IMG/VR virus record: IMGVR_UViG_2529292905_000029
Length of the DNA stretch: 22,134 nt
DNA from: a virus
Lineage: Duplodnaviria > Heunggongvirae > Uroviricota > Caudoviricetes
Reading direction: 5' to 3' (one strand)
The translations under genes and the position numbers were made by a program. Positions within the stretch are counted from its first letter, which is position 1. Every line of letters begins with the position of its first letter. Positions 16,375 to 22,134 of the stretch are shown here, one piece after another. The notes below the pieces were generated by a model. That model saw nothing but the letters and a program-made list of their open reading frames with translations, did not search any database and had not been told where the DNA came from.

Positions 16375-16819
16375 GTTTAAGCGTTTTGAAGACCGGCTGA
16401 CCGGACTTATTGAATCGCTGTCACCGTCAGGGCGTCGGCGACTGAGCGCCGAACTGGCGAAACGTCTGCGGCAGAGTCAGCAGCGCCGGGTGATGGCACA
16501 GAAAGCCCCGGACGGCACACCCTACGCACCACGCCAGCAGCAGAGCGCCAGAAAAAAGACCGGTCGCGTTAAGCGAAAAATGTTTGCGAAACTTATCACC
16601 AGTCGCTTTTTGCATATCCGCGCCAGTCCGGAACAGGCATCAATGGAGTTTTACGGCGGGAAGTCACCGAAAATCGCCAGTGTGCATCAGTTCGGTCTGT
16701 CGGAAGAAACCCGGAAAGACGGTAAGAAAATTGATTATCCGGCGCGTCCTCTGCTCGGCTTTACCGGTGAGGATGTGCAGATGATTGAAGAGATTATTCT
16801 GGCTCACCTCGACCGTTAG
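16367..16819 (+). CDS. S: Tail completion protein S (P2 gpS), 150 aa
   Basis: 150 aa, as in P2 S. Start overlaps the end of R. Confidence 0.85.
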   Translation: MNEFKRFEDRLTGLIESLSPSGRRRLSAELAKRLRQSQQRRVMAQKAPDGTPYAPRQQQSARKKTGRVKRKMFAKLITSRFLHIRASPEQASMEFYGGKSPKIASVHQFGLSEETRKDGKKIDYPARPLLGFTGEDVQMIEEIILAHLDR

Positions 16820-16885
16820 TTGTGCCATTCCTGACACCTCATCGTCACATTGCCGCCGGTATGACCCGGCGGCATCCTTCCCGTT

Positions 16886-17521
16886 ATGAACACTCTCGCA
16901 AATATTCAGGAACTCGCGCGCGCACTGCGCAACATGATTCGCACCGGCCTTGTCGTCGAAACCGACCTTAACGCCGGTCGCTGCCGTGTGCAGACCGGCG
17001 GCATGTGCACTGACTGGCTTCAGTGGCTGACCCATCGCGCCGGACGTTCGCGCACATGGTGGGCACCTTCCGTGGGGGAACAGGTGCTGATTCTGGCCGT
17101 GGGGGGTGAACTCGACACGGCGTTCGTTCTGCCGGGGATTTATTCCGGCGATAACCCCTCGCCGTCTGTGTCGGCGGATGCCCTGTACATCCGTTTCCCT
17201 GACGGGGCGGTGATTGAGTATGAACCCGAAACCAGTGCGCTCACGGCAAGCGGAATTAAAACGGCCAGCGTGACGGCTTCTGATTCTGTTACTGCCACGG
17301 TGCCGGTGGTCATGGTGAAAGCGTCAACCCGCATCACTCTGGACACGCCGGAGGTGGTCTGCACCAACAGGCTGATTACCGGCACGCTGGAAGTGCAGAA
17401 GGGCGGGACGATGCGCGGCAACATTGAACACACCGGCGGTGAACTCTCATCAAACGGTAAGGTACTGCATACCCATAAACACCCCGGCGACAGCGGCGGC
17501 ACAACCGGGAGTCCTTTATGA
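16886..17521 (+). CDS. V: Baseplate spike / hub protein (P2 gpV), 211 aa
   Basis: 211 aa, as in P2 V. First gene of the V-W-J-I-H baseplate/fibre operon. Confidence 0.9.
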   Translation: MNTLANIQELARALRNMIRTGLVVETDLNAGRCRVQTGGMCTDWLQWLTHRAGRSRTWWAPSVGEQVLILAVGGELDTAFVLPGIYSGDNPSPSVSADALYIRFPDGAVIEYEPETSALTASGIKTASVTASDSVTATVPVVMVKASTRITLDTPEVVCTNRLITGTLEVQKGGTMRGNIEHTGGELSSNGKVLHTHKHPGDSGGTTGSPL

Positions 17522-17793
17522 CAGCGCGTTATCTCGGAATGAATCGCAGTGATGGCCTGACTGTCACTGACCTTGAGCATATCAGCCAGAGTATCGGCGA
17601 TATCCTGCGCACACCGGTCGGCTCACGGGTGATGCGTCGTGATTACGGCTCGTTGCTGGCGTCAATGATTGACCAGCCGCAGACCCCGGCGCTTGAGTTG
17701 CAGATTAAGGTCGCCTGTTACATGGCGGTGCTGAAATGGGAACCCCGCGTCACCCTGTCATCCGTCACCACGGCGCGCAGTTTTGACGGGCGA
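17518..17793 (+). pseudogene. W: Baseplate wedge protein W (P2 gpW), 5' fragment of 92 codons, interrupted by IS
   Basis: ATG at 17518 overlaps the V stop. The reading frame runs into the IS end sequence after codon 92 (...SFDGR). The ORF-track 124-aa product is read-through into the IS. Confidence 0.8.
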
Positions 17794-17797
17794 ATAA
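17794..17797. repeat. Target-site duplication (left copy), ATA(A)
   Basis: ATAA directly abuts the IS left end and is repeated at 19410-19413 at the right end. Confidence 0.7.
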
Positions 17798-19409
17798 GGG
17801 GGTGCGGACGATTTCTTGGACGGTTTATACGGACATCAATCCGACCGCATGACGATACTCGATGGGACTACGCCCGCCAAGCGACACTTTGATGCGGCGC
17901 TCGTTGTACCAGTGGATATAGGCATCGATTCGCGTCATGAGGTCTTTCAGCGTCACGTGCTGCCAATTCCTCGGGTAGATTAGTTCGGTCTTCAATCGTC
18001 CGAAAAAGCCCTCGCATGCAGCATTGTCTGGCGAGCAGCCCTTTTTGGACATCGACCGCGTTAATTGGGCATTTTCAGTGCGGCGGATCCACGCAGGCCA
18101 GCGATAATGCGAGCCCCTGTCCGAATGGATAACCGGATGCTCACCGGGTCGCAGTGTCCGTACCGCGTGATCCAGCATGGTATTGACCAGGTTCGCATCC
18201 GGGCTGGTGCCGATATTCCAGGCCACCACCAGCCCATCGAAGCAATCGACGATCGGCGAGACGTAGACCTTCCCTGCCGGAATGTGTATTTCCGTCAGAT
18301 CGGTCAACCATTTCGTATTCGGCGCCGACGCGTGAAAGTCGCGATTCAGCAGATTCGGGACCGCTGGTGTCGGGTCGCCAGCATACGCCGAGAAGCGCCG
18401 GCGGCGCGGTGTTCTCACGACCAGACGCTCTTGCGCCATCAAGCGACGCACGACCTTCTCGGACACACGCATGCCACCAAGGCGCAAGGCACTATCAATG
18501 CGTCGATAGCCATAGCAGCGGTAGTTGTCCTCGAAGATAGTCCGAATGACCTCACGCACCTGCGTGTACTTGTCGGGCCGCGTCTGCCGCAGGCGTTGAT
18601 AGAAGTATGTGCTGCGCGCCAGCTTCAGGCCGCACAACAGATTGGCTAATGGAAACGTGACTCTGAGGGCATCAACCACCTTCGTTTTTTCTCGGCTTGT
18701 CAGTTCGAGGGGGTTGATGCCCATGTCTTTTTTTATCAATTCACTCGCCTTCTCCAGAATTGCATTCTCCATGCGAAGCCGCTGGTTCTGGCTCTCCAGT
18801 TCGGCCAGTTCCCTGAGTAGTGCCTCATGCCGCTGCTCGAGCGAGGTGTCACCTTTCTTCTTTGTCATGGGTTTTAGGGGCACTTTGCCAAGTAATCGAT
18901 GCTGCCAGTTATACAACGTTGGTCGCGATACACCGACAGTGTCGGCCACATCCTTTGCCGAACCTACGCGCAGGTTCAGTGCAATGACGGCTTGCTGCTT
19001 CTCGAGGCGAGAGCGGGCGACTGTGGGAGCGCTGCTGCCGACGACCGTCCTAGCGAATTCAGGGCGTAAATCACGGATCCAGGCACGCAAGGCCTCGCGG
19101 CTTGGGTAGCCCAGGCTTCGGATTGTGTGACTCAGGCAGTAGCCTTGTTCGATATAGTGATCTACTGCCCGTTGCTTTTGCTCATCGGTGTACTGCCGTT
19201 TTATCCGTTGATAGCCTCGGCGAAGATCCTGATTCCGTTCGAATTCTGCCAACCAGGCCTTCAGCGAGTTCTTGGTGGGGTATCCCAGCTGCCGTAGTGT
19301 GGCGCTCATCCGGCGCCCAAGCTTCAGGTACAACCTCACGGCTCGAAGGCGATCTTCATACGAATACATGAACTACTCCTAAAGTAGTCCAAGATTTTGT
19401 CCGCACCCC
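17798..19409 (-). mobile_element. Insertion sequence (~1.61 kb), IS3-family-like, inserted in gene W
   Basis: Imperfect terminal inverted repeats: left GGGGGTGCGGACGATTTCTTGGAC, right (reverse complement) GGGGTGCGGACAAAATCTTGGAC. Flanked by an ATA(A) direct repeat. Carries one long transposase ORF. Removing it restores a 115-codon W reading frame. Confidence 0.85.
17825..19369 (-). CDS. Transposase, IS3-family-like DDE (rve) type, single fused 514-aa ORF
   Basis: N-terminal HTH region resembling IS150-type InsA (MYSYEDRLRAVRLYL...), leucine-zipper-like segment (LLRELAELESQNQRLRMENAILEKA), and C-terminal rve-type catalytic motifs (HSDRGSHY; SPDNAACEGFFGRLKTE). AGGAG lies 7 nt upstream of the ATG. 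Confidence 0.85.
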   Translation of the reverse strand: MYSYEDRLRAVRLYLKLGRRMSATLRQLGYPTKNSLKAWLAEFERNQDLRRGYQRIKRQYTDEQKQRAVDHYIEQGYCLSHTIRSLGYPSREALRAWIRDLRPEFARTVVGSSAPTVARSRLEKQQAVIALNLRVGSAKDVADTVGVSRPTLYNWQHRLLGKVPLKPMTKKKGDTSLEQRHEALLRELAELESQNQRLRMENAILEKASELIKKDMGINPLELTSREKTKVVDALRVTFPLANLLCGLKLARSTYFYQRLRQTRPDKYTQVREVIRTIFEDNYRCYGYRRIDSALRLGGMRVSEKVVRRLMAQERLVVRTPRRRRFSAYAGDPTPAVPNLLNRDFHASAPNTKWLTDLTEIHIPAGKVYVSPIVDCFDGLVVAWNIGTSPDANLVNTMLDHAVRTLRPGEHPVIHSDRGSHYRWPAWIRRTENAQLTRSMSKKGCSPDNAACEGFFGRLKTELIYPRNWQHVTLKDLMTRIDAYIHWYNERRIKVSLGGRSPIEYRHAVGLMSV

Positions 19410-19413
19410 ATAA
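19410..19413. repeat. Target-site duplication (right copy), ATA(A)
   Basis: Direct repeat of 17794-17797, immediately after the IS right end. Confidence 0.7.
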
Positions 19414-19481
19414 CGGTCACGTTAACCGGTCAGCACAACGACACCGGCCAGCCACTTTCGTTAACCATCCCTGTGAGTTGA
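19410..19481 (+). pseudogene. W: Baseplate wedge protein W, 3' fragment (23 codons), downstream of IS
   Basis: In-frame continuation (I)TVTLTGQHNDTGQPLSLTIPVS ending at TGA 19479-19481, five bases before the J start. 92 + 23 = 115 codons, the length of P2 W. Confidence 0.75.
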
Positions 19482-19485
19482 AACC

Positions 19486-20394
19486 ATGCCGATTATCGAC
19501 CTGAACCAGCTACCCGCACCGGATGTGGTCGAGGAGCTGGACTTTGAAACCATTCTTGCCGAACGCAAGGCGACACTGATTTCCCTTTACCCGGAAGACC
19601 AGCAGGAGGCGGTCGCCCGTACCCTGATGCTGGAATCTGAGCCTCTCGTCAAACTGCTGGAGGAAAATGCTTATCGTGAGCTTATCTGGCGTCAGCGTGT
19701 GAATGAGGCCGCACGGGCGGTAATGCTGGCCTGTGCCGCCGGTAATGACCTTGATGTGATTGGTGCCAATTACAACACCACGCGCCTGATTATCACCCCG
19801 GCAGATGATTCGACTATCCCGCCGACACCGGCAGTGATGGAATCTGACACCGATTATCGTCTGCGTATTCAGCAGGCGTTTGAAGGTTTAAGCGTCGCCG
19901 GGTCAGTGGGAGCCTATCAGTATCATGGTCGCAGTGCCGACGGGCGTGTCGCGGATATCTCTGTCACCAGTCCGTCTCCGGCCTGTGTCACTATCTCTGT
20001 GCTGTCTCGCGAAAATAACGGTATCGCATCCGAAGACCTGCTGGCGGTGGTGCGCAACGCCCTTAATGGTGAGGACGTCAGGCCGGTGGCCGACCGCGTG
20101 ACCGTGCAGTCTGCCGCCATCGTTGAATACCAGATAAACGCCACGCTTTACCTTTACCCTGGTCCTGAAAGCGAACCCATCCGCGCTGCTGCCGTGAAAA
20201 AACTGGAAGCGTACATCACGGCACAGCACCGGCTGGGGCGCGACATCCGTCTGTCTGCCATTTATGCCGCTTTGCATGTGGAAGGCGTGCAGCGTGTCGA
20301 GCTGGCCGCACCACTGGCCGACATTGTGCTCAACAGTACGCAGGCGTCTTTCTGCACCGAATACAGCGTCGTGACCGGAGGCTCGGATGAGTGA
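19486..20394 (+). CDS. J: Baseplate assembly protein J (P2 gpJ), 302 aa
   Basis: 302 aa, as in P2 J. Position after W. Confidence 0.9.
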   Translation: MPIIDLNQLPAPDVVEELDFETILAERKATLISLYPEDQQEAVARTLMLESEPLVKLLEENAYRELIWRQRVNEAARAVMLACAAGNDLDVIGANYNTTRLIITPADDSTIPPTPAVMESDTDYRLRIQQAFEGLSVAGSVGAYQYHGRSADGRVADISVTSPSPACVTISVLSRENNGIASEDLLAVVRNALNGEDVRPVADRVTVQSAAIVEYQINATLYLYPGPESEPIRAAAVKKLEAYITAQHRLGRDIRLSAIYAALHVEGVQRVELAAPLADIVLNSTQASFCTEYSVVTGGSDE

Positions 20395-20998
20395 TTCGCG
20401 CCTGCTGCCGACCGGCTCATCACCGCTTGAAGTTGCCGCCGCAAAAGCCTGTGCGGAAATTGAAAAAACGCCGGTCAGTATTCGTGAGCTGTGGAACCCG
20501 GACACCTGCCCGGCAAATCTGCTGCCGTGGCTGGCGTGGTCATTTTCGGTTGACCGCTGGGATGATAAGTGGCCGGAAGCGACAAAACGCGCTGTTATCC
20601 GCGATGCGTATTTCATTCACTGCCATAAGGGCACTATAGGCGCAATCCGGCGTGTGGTGGAGCCGCTCGGCTATCTGATTGAGGTGAGGGAGTGGTGGCA
20701 ACTCAATGAGGAGCCGGGGACGTTCCGTATCGTTGTTGGCGTGCTTGAGCAGGGTATTACCGAGGAAATGTATCAGGAGCTGGAGCGCCTCGTTGCTGAT
20801 GCAAAACCGGCAAGCCGCCATCTGACGGGACTGGCTATCAGTTTAAGCACAACCGGCAACATTTTTGCCGGTGCGGGATGCTATCACGGCGACGCCCTGA
20901 CGGTTTATCCCTACACCCCGGAGGCCATTATTGTCGGAGGGGATTATTTCCCGGCCTCGGCCATTCATTTAATTGATAACCTGAGAGTAAACGCATGA
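20387..20998 (+). CDS. I: Baseplate / tail protein I (P2 gpI), 203 aa
   Basis: ATG 20387 preceded by GGAGG and overlapping the J 3' end. Stop overlaps the H start. Position between J and H. The ORF is longer than the 176 aa I recall for P2 I. Confidence 0.8.
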   Translation: MSDSRLLPTGSSPLEVAAAKACAEIEKTPVSIRELWNPDTCPANLLPWLAWSFSVDRWDDKWPEATKRAVIRDAYFIHCHKGTIGAIRRVVEPLGYLIEVREWWQLNEEPGTFRIVVGVLEQGITEEMYQELERLVADAKPASRHLTGLAISLSTTGNIFAGAGCYHGDALTVYPYTPEAIIVGGDYFPASAIHLIDNLRVNA

Positions 20999-22134
20999 CA
21001 GTGAAATACTACGCCATTCTGACTAATCAGGGCGCGGCACGGCTGGCTAACGCGACGATGCTCGGCAGTAAGCTGAATCTGACGCAAATGGCCGTTGGTG
21101 ATGCGAATGGTGTCTTGCCGACACCAGACCCGGCACAGACAAAACTGATTAACCAGAAACGCATCGCGCCGCTGAATCTTCTGAGTGTTGACCCGAACAA
21201 CCAGAGCCAGATTATTGCGGAGCAAATCATCCCTGAGAACGAGGGCGGATTCTGGATCCGTGAGATTGGGCTTTATGATGATGAAGGCGTACTCATTGCG
21301 GTGGCGAACTGCCCGGAAACGTACAAACCGCAGTTGCAGGAAGGCAGTGGTCGTACCCAGACTATCCGCATGATTCTGGTTGTCACGAATACCGAAGCTA
21401 TTACGCTGAAAATCGACCCGTCGGTGGTACTGGCGACCCGTAAATACGTGGATGATGAAGTCCTGGAATTAAGGCTGTATGTGGATGACCAGATGAGAAA
21501 CCACATTGCCGCACAGGATCCTCATACCCAGTATGCACAGAAACATAATCCGACATTTACCGGAGAACCAAAAGCGCCGACGCCTGCCGCAGGAAATAAC
21601 ACCACGCGGATTGCGACCACTGAGTTTGTTCAGGCCGCTATTACCGCTCTGATTAACGGTGCGCCAGCCACGCTGGACACACTGAAAGAAATTGCCGCAG
21701 CCATTAACAATGACCCGAAATTCAGTACCACCATTAACAATGCGCTGTCAGGTAAGCAGCCACTGGATGAGACGCTGACTCATTTGAGTGGAAAGGATGT
21801 AGCTGGTCTTCTCACATACCTTGGTTTGGGAGAAGCGGCGAAAAGGGATGTGGGTACAGGAGAAAATCAGATACCGGATATGTCAGCCTGGAAAAGAAAT
21901 CCGAGTTCTAATCGCTGGAGAAAATTGCCTGATGGAACCATCATTCAAATGGGAATATCAGCATCAGGGCCATTAGGCTCACCTGTAAATATCACCCTGC
22001 CGATATCTTTCAGCAATACCAATTATTGTGTTGTTGCATCGTACGATAATGCACGGTCAGGTGTGTCAACAATGGTTAGTTTTGCAGCGTTACCTGTTTC
22101 ACCATCGCAATTTTCCCTGATGTCATCTGTGACT
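20995..22134 (+). CDS. H: Tail fibre protein H (P2 gpH-like), N-terminal 380 codons; truncated by window end
   Basis: Open frame from ATG 20995 to the window end with no stop, so it is absent from the ORF track. N-terminus (MTVKYYAILTNQGAARLA...MAVGDANGVLP...) has the conserved P2-family fibre N-terminal pattern. Position after I. Confidence 0.85.
   Translation, partial: MTVKYYAILTNQGAARLANATMLGSKLNLTQMAVGDANGVLPTPDPAQTKLINQKRIAPLNLLSVDPNNQSQIIAEQIIPENEGGFWIREIGLYDDEGVLIAVANCPETYKPQLQEGSGRTQTIRMILVVTNTEAITLKIDPSVVLATRKYVDDEVLELRLYVDDQMRNHIAAQDPHTQYAQKHNPTFTGEPKAPTPAAGNNTTRIATTEFVQAAITALINGAPATLDTLKEIAAAINNDPKFSTTINNALSGKQPLDETLTHLSGKDVAGLLTYLGLGEAAKRDVGTGENQIPDMSAWKRNPSSNRWRKLPDGTIIQMGISASGPLGSPVNITLPISFSNTNYCVVASYDNARSGVSTMVSFAALPVSPSQFSLMSSVT

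Noticed and set aside
17518-17892. 124-aa ORF reported for W
   Set aside because: Only the first 92 codons are W. The remainder is fortuitous read-through into the IS terminal repeat and the transposase 3' end.
18065-19371. Plus-strand ORFs of 194, 166 and 89 aa inside the IS
   Set aside because: Antisense to the 514-aa transposase ORF, which carries recognisable HTH and DDE motifs; the plus-strand products are low-complexity.
20391-20639. 82-aa ORF in an alternative frame at the start of gene I
   Set aside because: Overlaps the well-supported baseplate gene I in another frame; basic low-complexity product.
1-22134. CRISPR arrays, tRNA or rRNA genes
   Set aside because: No regularly spaced direct repeats and no tRNA-like or rRNA-like sequence recognised by eye. 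The window is densely protein-coding apart from the regulatory intervals described.

Overview
The window is almost entirely a P2-like (Peduovirus-type) prophage, running from the integrase stop codon (window position 1-3, attL must lie just outside) to a truncated tail-fibre gene H at the right edge. Gene order and protein sizes match the P2 prophage map: int-C (minus) | cox-B-four small ORFs-A (plus, early/replication) | accessory slot | cos | Q-P (minus) | O-N-M-L (head) | X-Y-K-lysA-lysB-lysC (lysis) | R-S-V-W-J-I-H (tail/baseplate). Gene names are assigned from synteny, protein length and a few motifs, not from a database search. Two departures from a canonical P2 genome stand out. (1) The accessory slot between replication gene A and cos, where P2 carries tin/old, instead holds a visibly AT-rich block with two translationally coupled minus-strand ORFs (165 aa and 79 aa) that I cannot assign to any family; this is the best candidate for an undescribed phage-defence or toxin-antitoxin-like cargo module. 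(2) Baseplate gene W is split by a ~1.6 kb insertion sequence encoding a 514-aa IS3-family-like transposase, flanked by an ATA(A) target-site duplication, so the prophage is probably defective for virion production. No rRNA, tRNA or CRISPR array was recognised.
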